Shown piece by piece: positions 32,950 to 43,886 of a DNA stretch of 64,000 nucleotides (positions within the stretch are counted from its first letter, which is position 1; each line of letters starts with the position of its first letter). Source of the DNA: Bacteroidales bacterium (GTDB taxonomy: Bacteria > Bacteroidota > Bacteroidia > Bacteroidales > VadinHA17); assembly GCA_017999895.1 (NCBI GenBank), contig JAGNKY010000001.1:218715-282714 (forward strand). The letters are read 5' to 3'. The translations under genes and the position numbers were made by a program. The notes below the pieces were generated by a model, which was not told the origin of the DNA, made no database searches, and worked only from the letters and a program-made list of their open reading frames with translations.

Positions 32950-34373
32950 TGGAACGAAAAATTAAAATATGGGCTGCAGTTGACAAAGTAACTATTCTGC
33001 TTTTCCTGCTACTTGTATTGATAGGCTGGCTTAATATATATTCTGCAGTATATAATGAAGAGCAGAGGAAAATATTCGATTTTTCTCAGCGATACGGGAA
33101 ACAGATGGTATGGATTATCACTACGTTCCTGCTTGCTTTTGCCGTCCTCAATATTGACAGCAGGTTTTATTTCTTTTTCGGGTATTTAATTTATGGAATA
33201 TTTATTTTATTCCTATTTCTTGTTCTTTTATTCGGGAATGAGATTAATGGCACAAGAGCATGGTTTGAAATAGGTCCCTTCAATATTCAACCTTCTGAAT
33301 TCGCAAAAGCAGGTACAGCACTTGCACTTGCGAAATATCTTAACACACGCGGTCAGGAACTTACTAGACTCCAGCTGTTAATTCCGGCTGCAGCAATAAT
33401 ATTATTACCAGCATTGCTTACAGCTGCTCAGCCCGATATGGGAACAACGGCAGTTTATTTCGGTTTTTTCATTGTGCTCTTCAGAGAAGGTTTAAGCCCT
33501 TATCTTTTTTTCACAGCTTTTCTGGTAATAATCTTATCCTTTGTTGCTCTTATATTTAACGATTTGTATATTACCATACTGATTATATCGCTTGGTTTTC
33601 TGGTTGCAGCTCTTTTCATACGTAAATTTTCAACCTTGATTAAGAGTTTGATGGTTTTTGCCGTTTTTACAGGAACACTTTACCTTCTTAATTATTACCT
33701 GGTAAAAAGTTTTAGTCTCCTTTTTATTATAATATCTGGTCTGCTACTTTCGGGTATTTTCTATGGCTGGCACTTTTACAGATATAAAGCGAAAGAATTA
33801 ATGGTTATTTACTTATTTACAATTGGAAGTATTTTATATGTAAATATGGTGGATTATGGATATCATAATTTTCTCAAGCCTCATCAGCAGCAAAGAATAG
33901 ATATTTTTTTAAGATTGAAGTCCGATCCGAAAGGTGCCGGTTATAATATTAATCAGTCGGTTATTTCGATTGGTTCTGGAGGCCTCACTGGTAAAGGCTT
34001 CCTGAGAGGAACGCAGACAAAATACAAATTTGTACCTGCTCAAAGTACCGATTTTATTTTCTGTACGATAGGCGAGGAATGGGGTTTTCTGGGTTCATTG
34101 GTTGTGATATCTCTTTATGTTTTTTTAATGCTTAGGCTTATTTTTCTTGCCGAAAGGCAGAAATCATCTTTTTCAAGAATATATGGGTATGGTGTTGTAT
34201 CAATTTTGCTAATTCATTTTTTTGTCAATATTGGGATGACAACAGGCATAATGCCTGTTATCGGTATTCCTCTTCCATTTTTAAGTTACGGAGGCAGTTC
34301 GTTATGGGGTTTTACTCTGCTGCTTTTTATTTTTCTCAGACTTGATGCGGCAAGAAATGAATATCTGATATAA
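32949..34373 (+). CDS. rodA: rod shape-determining protein RodA (SEDS family)
   Basis: 474 aa with about 10 TM helices and the FtsW/RodA/SpoVE C-terminal motif PLPFLSYGGSS. Confidence 0.93.
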   Translation: MERKIKIWAAVDKVTILLFLLLVLIGWLNIYSAVYNEEQRKIFDFSQRYGKQMVWIITTFLLAFAVLNIDSRFYFFFGYLIYGIFILFLFLVLLFGNEINGTRAWFEIGPFNIQPSEFAKAGTALALAKYLNTRGQELTRLQLLIPAAAIILLPALLTAAQPDMGTTAVYFGFFIVLFREGLSPYLFFTAFLVIILSFVALIFNDLYITILIISLGFLVAALFIRKFSTLIKSLMVFAVFTGTLYLLNYYLVKSFSLLFIIISGLLLSGIFYGWHFYRYKAKELMVIYLFTIGSILYVNMVDYGYHNFLKPHQQQRIDIFLRLKSDPKGAGYNINQSVISIGSGGLTGKGFLRGTQTKYKFVPAQSTDFIFCTIGEEWGFLGSLVVISLYVFLMLRLIFLAERQKSSFSRIYGYGVVSILLIHFFVNIGMTTGIMPVIGIPLPFLSYGGSSLWGFTLLLFIFLRLDAARNEYLI

Positions 34374-34375
34374 AA

Positions 34376-34987
34376 TCAGAATGGTATCCTTATATTATGT
34401 GAAATCTGGATTCCGAATTCTTTCTCGACGTAATCTATAAGCTGTGGGAAAAATTCCATGAAGTCATCAAATAAAGAATAGTAGTTTTTTTTCAATATTT
34501 TAACTGCGAATTTTGTTTCATCCGGTAATGTTGAGCCTTTACTCAAAGCTTTAAGCACACGTTTTATTCCCTTTATTGTCTGATATGACTCGATCCAGTT
34601 ATGGATGATGAAAAAAGGCATTATTTGTTTTACTTTCTCAGGTAATAAATCGTAGTGATTTACAAGTGCACGGTAAAAGTTATATGTTACACTTTCGAGA
34701 GGCCTTCTTGAAAAGAAATCCCACTCCTTTGTCAAAAAATGATCGTAAATTATATCCACAATCACTCCGGAATATTTATGATATTTCCCTGAAAAATGCA
34801 ATTTGCTCCTCTGAACAACAGGATGTCTGTCAGTGAATGCATCAATATGACGATGAAGTATTATACCCTTACGTATCATATCAGGATATTTGAGATAATC
34901 TCTCCCTTTTACATAGTCGCCTATATAATTCCCGATGATTATCTTTTCAGAATCACCCGAAAGATATATATGTGCAAGTACATTCAT
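34376..34987 (-). CDS. acpH: acyl carrier protein phosphodiesterase
   Basis: 203 aa. The N-terminus MNVLAHIYLSG...HRHIDAFTD matches the AcpH family pattern (MNFLAHLHLA...HRRID). Confidence 0.75.
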   Translation of the reverse strand: MNVLAHIYLSGDSEKIIIGNYIGDYVKGRDYLKYPDMIRKGIILHRHIDAFTDRHPVVQRSKLHFSGKYHKYSGVIVDIIYDHFLTKEWDFFSRRPLESVTYNFYRALVNHYDLLPEKVKQIMPFFIIHNWIESYQTIKGIKRVLKALSKGSTLPDETKFAVKILKKNYYSLFDDFMEFFPQLIDYVEKEFGIQISHNIRIPF

Positions 34988-35210
34988 TACTTAGTTTCAA
35001 TAGTACAAAGAATTTGTCATATTGTTTTGTCTAACTGACAAATAAATTTACTATTACTTTTAGAATAACGGATGATTTAACACAGAATTATTGCTATTAG
35101 AATTTTCCCTTAAAAACATGAAAAAAGAATTGTAAAACAAGGTAAGGTAAGTTAATTTCTTAAATTTGCCTTTTCTTGAAACAAATTTTAGTTATCAAAT
35201 TGTAAGTTTA

Positions 35211-36554
35211 ATGGCTGTAAAGAATGTTATCATTATAGGCGCTGCTGGTAGAGATTTTCATAATTTCAATGTTTTTTTCAGGGACAATAAAAATTATAAT
35301 GTAGTTGCCTTCACTGCCGCCCAGATACCTGACATTTATGGCCGTAAATATCCTGGGGAGCTTGCCGGGAAACTCTATCCGGAAGGAATACCTGTTTTCT
35401 CCGAGGAAGAATTATCTGATTTGATAATAAGATTTAATGCAGATTTATGTGTTTTTTCGTATAGTGATGTTACTTATCAGAAAGTGATGTCAGTAAGTGC
35501 GATAGTCAACGCTGCAGGTGCAAGTTTTATGCTTCTTGGCCCTTCCGACACTATGTTGAAAAGCACAAAGCCTGTAATTGCTGTAGGCGCAGTGAGAACG
35601 GGCTGTGGTAAAAGCCAGACTTCGAGAAGGATTATCGAAATCCTTATGTCGAAAGGATTGAAAGTCGTGGCGGTTCGCCACCCGATGCCTTATGGCGATT
35701 TGCTATCGCAAAAGGTTCAGCGTTTTTCATCAATAGAAGATTTTGAAAAGTATCACTGTACCATTGAGGAGATGGAGGAGTATGAACCTCACGTGGCAAG
35801 AGGTAATGTGATATATGCCGGAGTTGATTACGAGTTTATATTGCATGAAGCTGAAAATGACCCTTCAGGCTGTGATGTAATTGTATGGGATGGTGGCAAT
35901 AACGATTTTCCTTTTTATAAACCCGATCTGATGTTAACATTAACCGACCCGCACAGGGCCGGTCATGAACTCAGGTATTATCCCGGCGAAGTGACTCTCA
36001 GACTTGCCGACGTTGTGATTATTAATAAAATTGATACTGCGCCTGCTGAAGGGATTCAGATTCTGAAAGAAAACATTAAGAGGGTTAATCCGCACGCCGT
36101 TGTTATTGAAAGTGCTTCTCCAATTAAAACGGATGATCCCTCACTTATAAAAGATAAGAAAGTGCTTGTTGTTGAGGACGGCCCAACATTGACTCACGGT
36201 GAAATGAAAATCGGTGCAGGCGTTGTAGCTGCAAAGAAATACGGCGCCCGACAGATAGTTGATCCGCGACCTTTCGCAGTGGGCAAACTAAGAGAAACGT
36301 TCAGGATCTATCCGGAAATAGGAACTCTCCTGCCGGCAATGGGCTACAGTAAAGAACAACTGCACGACCTTGAGAAAACGATTAATAATACCGATTGTGA
36401 TAGTGTGATTATTGCAACTCCTGTCAATCTTAAACGTATAATAAAAATAAATAAACCCTCGACAAGAGTTTATTATGAACTGCAAGAAACAGGCTATCCC
36501 GACCTCTCACATATACTGGATGAGTTTCTTTTGAAACACAATCTTATAAAATAG
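35211..36554 (+). CDS. cyclic 2,3-diphosphoglycerate synthetase-like P-loop protein
   Basis: IIIGAAGRDFHNFNVFFRDN N-terminus and P-loop GAVRTGCGKSQTS. The ORF-track TTG start at 35166 is replaced by the ATG at 35211. Confidence 0.7.
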   Translation: MAVKNVIIIGAAGRDFHNFNVFFRDNKNYNVVAFTAAQIPDIYGRKYPGELAGKLYPEGIPVFSEEELSDLIIRFNADLCVFSYSDVTYQKVMSVSAIVNAAGASFMLLGPSDTMLKSTKPVIAVGAVRTGCGKSQTSRRIIEILMSKGLKVVAVRHPMPYGDLLSQKVQRFSSIEDFEKYHCTIEEMEEYEPHVARGNVIYAGVDYEFILHEAENDPSGCDVIVWDGGNNDFPFYKPDLMLTLTDPHRAGHELRYYPGEVTLRLADVVIINKIDTAPAEGIQILKENIKRVNPHAVVIESASPIKTDDPSLIKDKKVLVVEDGPTLTHGEMKIGAGVVAAKKYGARQIVDPRPFAVGKLRETFRIYPEIGTLLPAMGYSKEQLHDLEKTINNTDCDSVIIATPVNLKRIIKINKPSTRVYYELQETGYPDLSHILDEFLLKHNLIK

Positions 36555-36560
36555 CATATT

Positions 36561-37640
36561 TCATCGTTTTACGCGTGCATTTCCTTCCCAGATGCTCCAT
36601 ACTTGCTCTTCATCGGCCGGCTGGCAGTAATCTGTGAGGAATGTCGTTGCCATGGCTCCTGTTGCCCATCCAAACTGAATCCATTTTTCCTGTTCCCATC
36701 CTTTCAGGATAGCATAGAGCATGCCGCCAACGAAACCGTCGCCCCCGCCTATACGGTCGAGAACATGAATCTCTCTTGGCTCTACAACATGCCATCTGTT
36801 TCCTTCAAGCATGATCGCACCCCACAGATGAAGATTCGAACTTATTACCTGCCTGAGAGTATTTGCAAAGACTTCAGTTTGCGGATAAGCTTTTTTAACC
36901 CTGCTTATCATTTCCTTGAAGCTATCTATTTTTGATGCAAGTCCTTTGCCGCCTTCTTCGGGCCCTTTGATCCCCAGACTTAGCTGAAAATCTTCCTCAT
37001 TGCCGATAAGTATGTCGGAAAGCAAAGCAATTTCGCAGAAAGCAGCTGAGAGTTCCTTCTCACGGTTTTTCCAGAAGGAAGCTCTGTAATTCAAGTCGAA
37101 TGAGACTCTTGTACCGTATTTTTTAGCAGTGCGTGCAAGTTCAAGGCAGAAATTACTTGTTTGGGAAGAGAGGGCACAGATTAGTCCGGAGATATGGAGT
37201 ATCTGAACGCCTTCTTTTCCGAAGAGTCTTTCGAGGTCGAAATCGTTGATATTAAGTGTTCTTCCAACTTCACCGGCCCGGTCATTATAAACTCGCGGTC
37301 CTCTTGGCCCATAGCCTGTGTCAGCTATGTTGAACTGATGACGGTAACCCCATGGGCCGCCCTGTTCAACTTCGACACCTTCCCATGAAATGTGACGGCT
37401 TGCAAGATCATCCTTAATAAACCTCGCAATCGGGCTGTCTTTTACAAATGTAGTAAGGACTTTCACAGGCAGGCCAAGATATGACGATACACTTGCAACA
37501 TTCGTTTCAGCGCTTGTTGCTTGCATTATATAAATATTGCTACAATGTACAGGCTGATAATTCACCGGGGTGATACGAACGCCCATACTTGTAGGTACAA
37601 CAAGCGACCACATAAAATTTTTTTTCAATTCAATGCTCAT
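36561..37640 (-). CDS. PfkB-family sugar kinase (2-keto-3-deoxygluconate kinase-like)
   Basis: 359 aa with the ribokinase-fold C-terminal motif DRIGGGDGFVGGMLY. Confidence 0.85.
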   Translation of the reverse strand: MSIELKKNFMWSLVVPTSMGVRITPVNYQPVHCSNIYIMQATSAETNVASVSSYLGLPVKVLTTFVKDSPIARFIKDDLASRHISWEGVEVEQGGPWGYRHQFNIADTGYGPRGPRVYNDRAGEVGRTLNINDFDLERLFGKEGVQILHISGLICALSSQTSNFCLELARTAKKYGTRVSFDLNYRASFWKNREKELSAAFCEIALLSDILIGNEEDFQLSLGIKGPEEGGKGLASKIDSFKEMISRVKKAYPQTEVFANTLRQVISSNLHLWGAIMLEGNRWHVVEPREIHVLDRIGGGDGFVGGMLYAILKGWEQEKWIQFGWATGAMATTFLTDYCQPADEEQVWSIWEGNARVKR

Positions 37641-37647
37641 GTTATAA

Positions 37648-38988
37648 CTAAAATTTTTCTCTTAACTTTTTGCCTTCTTCTTCATAACCAGGCTTATTGA
37701 GAAGTGCAAACATATTTTTCTTGTATGCTTCAACGCCCGGCTGGTCGAAAGGATTTACATCAAGTATATAACCGCTTATTGCACATGCCATTTCAAAGAA
37801 ATAAATCATCTGCCCTAAATAATAAGCATCAAGGGCCGGAATGTTTAACTTAATTACAGGAACGCCTCCTTCATGATGTGCAACTATTGCACCTGTTTCA
37901 GCACATTTATTAACTTCACAAATCTGCTTTCCAGCAAGATAATTAAGTTGATCGGGATCGTCCTTTTCAAACGGTATTTTGACTTTTTCAAGGGTTGATT
38001 TTACAGATAATATAGTTTCGAAAAGAATCCGCTGCCCTTCCTGAATGTATTGCCCCAATGAATGCAGGTCGGTTGTGAACTCGGCTGAAGCCGGGAAAAT
38101 TCCTTTGCCTTCTTTGCCCTCGCTTTCGCCATAAAGTTGTTTCCACCATTCGGCAAAATAGTGGAGTTTGGGGTTGAAGCTGACGAGAATTTCCACATTT
38201 TTCCCTGATTGCAATAACAAATTTCTTGTCGCAGCATAAACTAATGCGGGGTTATTCAGTGGATTCTTACTATCGAGAGTTAATTCTTTAGCGGCTCTTG
38301 CACCGTTTATAATTTCCTTTATATCGAAGCCGGCCACTGCAATAGGAAGAAGACCTACAGGAGTCAGAACCGAGTAACGTCCGCCTACATCGTCAGGAAT
38401 TTCAAATGTTTCGTATCCGTTAAGTTCTGCAAGTGACCGAAGAGCTCCTTTTTTTGCATCGGTTATCGCAACAATCCTGTCGGCAGCTATCGATTTGCCG
38501 TATTTTCTTTCCACATGGTCTTTGAGAAGTCTGAATGCTATAGCCGGTTCCATCGTTGTGCCCGATTTGGATATCACAACCACCGAATAATTCCGGTATT
38601 CTAGTATCTCGAGAAGTTCAGCCATATATTCCTCGCATACATTATGCCCAGCATATATTATCTGATGAAATTTTTCTTTTCTTATCTGAGGAAAAGAGTG
38701 AGAGAGGGCTTCTATTACTGCTCTTGCACCAAGGTAAGAACCTCCTATTCCTACTACCACTGTAGTATCCGACACCGATCTTAAGTGCTTTGCAATTTTT
38801 TCTATCCTTCCAATCTGTGGTAGAATATTATCAGGAAGTTTTATCCAGCCCAGGTAATTATTTCCTGCACCAGTCCCTGAGACAAGCTGCTCCAGATGTC
38901 TGACAGACTGTTTTGAGTGGGCAGCTATCTCCTCATAAGAAATATACTTTTCCACCCATTTTAGATTAATGCTGATATTCTCTTTCAT
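37648..38988 (-). CDS. pgi: glucose-6-phosphate isomerase
   Basis: 446 aa with SIS domains (GIGGSYLG, DDVGGRYSVLT, GQHA-like). Confidence 0.95.
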   Translation of the reverse strand: MKENISINLKWVEKYISYEEIAAHSKQSVRHLEQLVSGTGAGNNYLGWIKLPDNILPQIGRIEKIAKHLRSVSDTTVVVGIGGSYLGARAVIEALSHSFPQIRKEKFHQIIYAGHNVCEEYMAELLEILEYRNYSVVVISKSGTTMEPAIAFRLLKDHVERKYGKSIAADRIVAITDAKKGALRSLAELNGYETFEIPDDVGGRYSVLTPVGLLPIAVAGFDIKEIINGARAAKELTLDSKNPLNNPALVYAATRNLLLQSGKNVEILVSFNPKLHYFAEWWKQLYGESEGKEGKGIFPASAEFTTDLHSLGQYIQEGQRILFETILSVKSTLEKVKIPFEKDDPDQLNYLAGKQICEVNKCAETGAIVAHHEGGVPVIKLNIPALDAYYLGQMIYFFEMACAISGYILDVNPFDQPGVEAYKKNMFALLNKPGYEEEGKKLREKF

Positions 38989-39044
38989 TTTAATTTAATA
39001 TTTAGATTTTCTTTTCATAGAACATCCGTGTCAGGTACAAATAT

Positions 39045-39078
39045 AAAAAAGCCGTCGGAATTATTTCGACGGCTTTTA
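39045..39078 (-). terminator. rho-independent terminator for the GIN-domain gene
   Basis: On the minus strand, AAAAGCCGTCG-N10-CGACGGCTTTTTT: a 9-bp GC-rich stem followed by a T-run, 19 nt after the stop. Confidence 0.65.
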
Positions 39079-39096
39079 ATTAAAAATCAATATTTT

Positions 39097-39819
39097 TTAT
39101 CTTTTTCTAATTCTGCCTGCGCTCGATGATCTTGCATCAATATATTTCGGATTTCCATCATAAACTACATCTCCAGCACTTGAAACTTTTGCAACGAGTT
39201 TTTCTGTAACATAAATTTCTGCATCTCCTGCGCTTGAAACATTAATATTTGCTTCTTTTACCTTGAAATCGAAAGCATTAAGATCTCCGGCACTACTCAA
39301 AGAAGCATTAAGGGTCTCTGCTTCCCCTGATAACTTAATATTGCCTGAGCTGCTAATTTCAATGTCAACATATTTTGCATATAATTCTAAAGTTATATCG
39401 CCGGCACTACTTGAACTGAGAGATATATATTCACATCTTATGGGCGTTTCAGCGATTATATCACCTGCGCTGCTTGTCTTCAACGACCTTATATTTTTCA
39501 TCGTAACATAAACTTTCTTCGTTTTGGCGCTGCGTATGGAGACATTATCGAAATATACATTCAGTATGCCGCCTTTTACTTCAGTGACGATATATTCATG
39601 AAGATTCTCATCGGCTTCCACTCTAATACTTTCCCTCTCTCCCTGGCTAAGGTATACATCAATACCGGTGCTAACCCTGATGCCGTCGAAATAGGGAGCA
39701 GGCCTTTCTTTTGTTACAACGTTTCCATTTCCGGTTACAGACCTGTAAAACTGCGCATTAACAGAAACGGTGAGAAAAATGAAGGAAATGACCGTTATAA
39801 TAATTCTGTTGGTTTTCAT
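39097..39819 (-). CDS. head GIN domain (DUF2807) beta-helix protein, secreted
   Basis: 240 aa. Signal peptide plus repeated SSAGD/SSSG(D/N)I strands, typical of the putative autotransporter-adhesin head GIN domain. Confidence 0.7.
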   Translation of the reverse strand: MKTNRIIITVISFIFLTVSVNAQFYRSVTGNGNVVTKERPAPYFDGIRVSTGIDVYLSQGERESIRVEADENLHEYIVTEVKGGILNVYFDNVSIRSAKTKKVYVTMKNIRSLKTSSAGDIIAETPIRCEYISLSSSSAGDITLELYAKYVDIEISSSGNIKLSGEAETLNASLSSAGDLNAFDFKVKEANINVSSAGDAEIYVTEKLVAKVSSAGDVVYDGNPKYIDARSSSAGRIRKR

Positions 39820-39946
39820 TTATTTTCCAGTTTTATTTTTAATACAAAGACATTCTATTTTTCAAAATGATGCATGATAGATAAATACTAATTTATGTAA
39901 AGATTAAATACTTATTATTAAAACACAGAAAAGAATGATAATAATT

Positions 39947-41497
39947 TTAATCCGCCTTTCCCGAACTTCCTTCACTACTTTCGGTGTCAGCCTTTGAAAC
40001 CAACGGTTTCATCTGGGGGAAAAAGATGACATCCTGTATAGAGGGCTGGTTGGTCATAAGCATTGTAAGTCTGTCTATGCCAATACCCATGCCTGAGGTA
40101 GGAGGCATGCCATATTCAAGTGCCCTTATAAAATCATAATCAATGAACATAGCCTCATTGTCTCCCTTTTCCGACAACTTAAGCTGCTCTCTGAACCTCT
40201 CCATCTGGTCAATAGGATCATTTAGTTCGGAATATGCATTTGCAATCTCCCTGCAGTTGATGAACAGTTCGAATCTCTCAGTAACACCTGGTTTACTACG
40301 ATGCTTCTTTGTAAGGGGTGACGTCTCGACAGGATAATCAATAATAAAAGTAGGCTGTATAAGCTTATTTTCACATTTTTCTTTGAAAATAGCGTCAATA
40401 AGTTTCCCTTTGCCCATTGTTGGATCATGCTCAATGTTAAGGCTGTCGCATACTTTTCGCAGAGAGGCTTCATCCATACCGTTAATGTCAAAGCCTGTCG
40501 TTTCCTTTATCAGATCGAGCATAGGTATTCTTGGATAGGGAGGCTTCAGGTCAATAATCTGGTCGCCGTATGTTATTTCTGTTGTGCCATGAAGATCGAG
40601 AGCCACTTTCTGAATTATCTCCTCTGTGAACGACATCATCCAGAGGTAATCTTTGTAAGCAATATATATTTCCATTACGGTGAACTCAGGATTATGGGTT
40701 CTGTCCATGCCTTCATTCCTGAAGTCTTTGGCAAATTCATATACTCCTTCATAACCTCCGACAATAAGGCGTTTCAAATACAGCTCATTGGCAATCCTCA
40801 GGTACAAAGGGATATCGAGTGCATTGTGATATGTGATAAACGGCCTTGCATTTGCACCTCCTGGGATCGGCTGAAGAATCGGAGTTTCGACTTCGAGATA
40901 ACCGCGCGAGTCAAAGAGCTCTCTCATTGATTTGATGAGAGCTGTCCTTTTCTTAAAGACATCCTTTACATTAGGATTTACTATAAGATCGACATACCTC
41001 TGTCTGTATCTTAGTTCGGGATCTGATACGGCATCGTATAAAATACCGTTCTTCTCTTTTACAATCGGCAGCGGATGCAACGATTTGCACAGTAAAGTCA
41101 ATTCCTTTACATGAACTGTTGTTTCTCCGGTCTGGGTTTTAAAAACAAAACCTTTAACACCGATTATATCGCCGATATCGAGCAAACGTTTGAAAAATTT
41201 ATTGTAAAATGTTTTATCCTCACCCGGGCAGAGATCATCACGCCGAATGTATATCTGAATTCTTCCAGTGGAATCCATTAACTCGGCAAAGGAAGCATTC
41301 CCCATGATTCGCCTCGACATCACTCTTCCGGCAATGCTTACATCGCTGTAATTATTCTTTTCAGGTGAGAAATTTTCGAGTATCTCTGCGGCGTATGCAT
41401 TTGTTTTATATTCCGCAGCAGGATAGGGATCGATGCCCATTGCTCTTATCTCCTCGAGCGCTTTGCGCCTGATTATCTCCTGTTCGCTTAAATTCAT
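39947..41497 (-). CDS. lysS: lysine--tRNA ligase (class II)
   Basis: 516 aa. OB-fold N-domain and class II motifs (FRNEG, GMGIGIDRL). Confidence 0.96.
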   Translation of the reverse strand: MNLSEQEIIRRKALEEIRAMGIDPYPAAEYKTNAYAAEILENFSPEKNNYSDVSIAGRVMSRRIMGNASFAELMDSTGRIQIYIRRDDLCPGEDKTFYNKFFKRLLDIGDIIGVKGFVFKTQTGETTVHVKELTLLCKSLHPLPIVKEKNGILYDAVSDPELRYRQRYVDLIVNPNVKDVFKKRTALIKSMRELFDSRGYLEVETPILQPIPGGANARPFITYHNALDIPLYLRIANELYLKRLIVGGYEGVYEFAKDFRNEGMDRTHNPEFTVMEIYIAYKDYLWMMSFTEEIIQKVALDLHGTTEITYGDQIIDLKPPYPRIPMLDLIKETTGFDINGMDEASLRKVCDSLNIEHDPTMGKGKLIDAIFKEKCENKLIQPTFIIDYPVETSPLTKKHRSKPGVTERFELFINCREIANAYSELNDPIDQMERFREQLKLSEKGDNEAMFIDYDFIRALEYGMPPTSGMGIGIDRLTMLMTNQPSIQDVIFFPQMKPLVSKADTESSEGSSGKAD

Positions 41498-41593
41498 CCC
41501 GACGGCTTTTTTAAAGTTCTTGCAAATATAGAAAAACTTATACAGCCGTGCCGTTATTTGATTGAATAAGATATTACTATTTAAAATTAAAAG

Positions 41594-43051
41594 TTATATA
41601 GAGATGAATTTTGGTTCATATATTTCTCTTCGGAATTCAATCTCTTTTAGTGCTTCCTCTGGTGAGGATGAATTTCCGCATGCATATTGTACGAATAGTG
41701 AGGCACCCAGTACAGTTGTTTCAGACTTGTCGATAACAATAACTGGTACGCCTGTAAAATCGGCACGTAGCTGGTTCCACAGTTTGTTTTTCGAGCCACC
41801 TCCCACACATAGAATTGTGTCGGTACGAAAACCACCTGCTTTTTCGAGCGCTTCCTTGCCTTCTTTGAGCCGCAGTGCAAGTGACTCGAGCATTGCCCTG
41901 TATATCTCATCACGCGTAGTATCCATGGTAAGGCCTGTTATCTGGCCCCCGGGCTTACCCTTTAATTCTTCATAAAATTTAGGAACTACCTTTACGCCGT
42001 TACATCCCGGAGGTAATTTAGAAGCACCATCTATCATCACTTCATAGACATTTTCCTTTACATCGGAATAAAGAACCCTTCTTGCCCATTCGAGCATTCC
42101 TGATGCTATCCACTGGTTACCTATGTCAAAAAGGCCTGGAATAGGATCGAGTTCAGTAGTTATGCCTTTTTCGAGTTGTTCCGGCCCTGATTCGAAGGAT
42201 GAAGATCTTACCATAAGTATTTCCCAGGTGCCCGAACTGAGCACCGGCTGATTCACTCCCGCGCCTGACCCGAAAAGTGCAAACTGTGTATCATGGCCTG
42301 TGGCAACAACAGGCAGACCTTCAGGAAGTTCAGTTTCAAAAGATGCCTTTCTGATTACTTTTCCAATAACAGTGCCGGGCTCGACAGGTTTACCGAGTTT
42401 TTCTATCGGGAAGCCGATACGCGAAAGTATATTTTCGGAAAATGTTCTTTTTCTCTGATTTGTAACCATCGAGGTGCCAGCCATTGTCATGTCGTTAACC
42501 ATTTCTCCTGTAAGAAAACATGCAAATATTGAAGGCATAAAGAGAAACAGATGCGACTTCTCCACGAGAGCGGGTTTATTTTCGACGAACCAGATAAGTT
42601 TGTTTATGGTATTGAAGTTGAAAGGGAGAACGCCAGCCTCAGAATAAAGTTCATAAGGTGAGATATATTTACTTATATTCTCCATAATAGAGCTGGTTCT
42701 TTCACATTGCCATGATATTACCGGATAAAGCATGTTGCCATTTCTGTCGAACAATGTTCCGTCAACGCCAAAGGTTGTGATCGTTATTCCTGCAATATCT
42801 TTCTTATTTATTGCTGAAATGACCTTCCTCGATGCCATACACATTTTTTCCCATATCTCGTTTACATCCCATATTTTTCCATCTGGGAAGAACGGGTCGG
42901 GTTTTGTGTTGTTAAGAGCCGATTCGCTTGCAATGATATCCCCTTTATTGTTCAGTGCCGCTACCCTTACATTGGTTGCGCCGCAGTCGAAAACGATAAC
43001 GATATTCCCTTTTTTCCTATGATCTGTGACAATCTGTTTTATCTGTGTCAT
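41594..43051 (-). CDS. FGGY-family carbohydrate kinase (fuculo/rhamnulo/xylulokinase-like)
   Basis: VFDCGATNVRV N-terminal motif and GGGSKN C-terminal motif. The start is taken at 43051, just downstream of the GntR stop, not at 43186. Confidence 0.85.
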   Translation of the reverse strand: MTQIKQIVTDHRKKGNIVIVFDCGATNVRVAALNNKGDIIASESALNNTKPDPFFPDGKIWDVNEIWEKMCMASRKVISAINKKDIAGITITTFGVDGTLFDRNGNMLYPVISWQCERTSSIMENISKYISPYELYSEAGVLPFNFNTINKLIWFVENKPALVEKSHLFLFMPSIFACFLTGEMVNDMTMAGTSMVTNQRKRTFSENILSRIGFPIEKLGKPVEPGTVIGKVIRKASFETELPEGLPVVATGHDTQFALFGSGAGVNQPVLSSGTWEILMVRSSSFESGPEQLEKGITTELDPIPGLFDIGNQWIASGMLEWARRVLYSDVKENVYEVMIDGASKLPPGCNGVKVVPKFYEELKGKPGGQITGLTMDTTRDEIYRAMLESLALRLKEGKEALEKAGGFRTDTILCVGGGSKNKLWNQLRADFTGVPVIVIDKSETTVLGASLFVQYACGNSSSPEEALKEIEFRREIYEPKFISI

Positions 43052-43073
43052 CTGTGTACTATTATTCAGGTTT

Positions 43074-43799
43074 TTAGAATGTTCCGAAGATTGAATATTT
43101 CTGAGTGTTGCAATATATTGAAGAATAAACGAATAAGTCAGGTATGTTTGTTTCCATTTTTCTTTCGAGATGAAGGACCGGTTCACCTTTTGCTATGCCG
43201 AGGAATTTATTGATTTTTGGTGATGCGTTTATTGCTCTTATTCTTTGTTCACCCCCTTTTATTTCAACGTTGTAATGATCGCGAAGAATCTGGAACAGAG
43301 AGCTGTCTTTGAATTCTCGCGATGTAAATCCCGGCAGGTTGAGGTTAACGATATAGTTGATATCATAAAAAATCGGGGATCCCTCGAGAAGTCTGAGTCG
43401 CTCCATATAGATGCAGCCCGATTTTTTTTCAATTTCCGATAGCGGGAACATAAAGCCTTCGGGCCATGGTTTTATTACAGGTTTGACGATGATATCTGTT
43501 TTGAGGTTTCTGTTTCCTGCTGCGGACGTTGTTCCGGCTGCGGAAAGGATGCCTATTTCTCTGGGAGGTTTATTTACGATGCTTCCTTTACCCTGGCGTT
43601 TGGTTATCAATCCCTCCGAAGCGAGAGCCGCAAGAGAGAGTCGCACTGTAGGCCTGGTCATATTATAAATGCGGCACAGTTCATTCTCCGACGGCAATAG
43701 ATCGCCTTCTCTGTAAACGCCGTCGATGATTTGTTTACGCAGCGTCTCATAGAGCGACCGGTATAAAGGAAGAGGTTTCATATTCGAAACGGATTCCAA
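43074..43799 (-). CDS. GntR/HutC-family transcriptional regulator (wHTH + UTRA)
   Basis: 241 aa. LPSENELCRIYNMTRPTVRLSL is a GntR wHTH, and the C-terminal domain is UTRA-like. Confidence 0.88.
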   Translation of the reverse strand: MESVSNMKPLPLYRSLYETLRKQIIDGVYREGDLLPSENELCRIYNMTRPTVRLSLAALASEGLITKRQGKGSIVNKPPREIGILSAAGTTSAAGNRNLKTDIIVKPVIKPWPEGFMFPLSEIEKKSGCIYMERLRLLEGSPIFYDINYIVNLNLPGFTSREFKDSSLFQILRDHYNVEIKGGEQRIRAINASPKINKFLGIAKGEPVLHLERKMETNIPDLFVYSSIYCNTQKYSIFGTF

Positions 43800-43886
43800 T
43801 AAAATACAAAAGTTGTAAAGATTGGGATTAATTCAAAATATTAAAGCCGGATAAAAGGATAATAATTTCTGCAGTTGTGACCGCAC

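Noticed and set aside
40427-40930. 167-aa plus-strand ORF (and the neighbouring small ORFs)
   Set aside because: It is antisense to lysS, so it is a shadow ORF. The same reasoning applies to 152-595, 2297-2762, 3485-3965, 13681-14058, 43896-44282 and 49787-50278.
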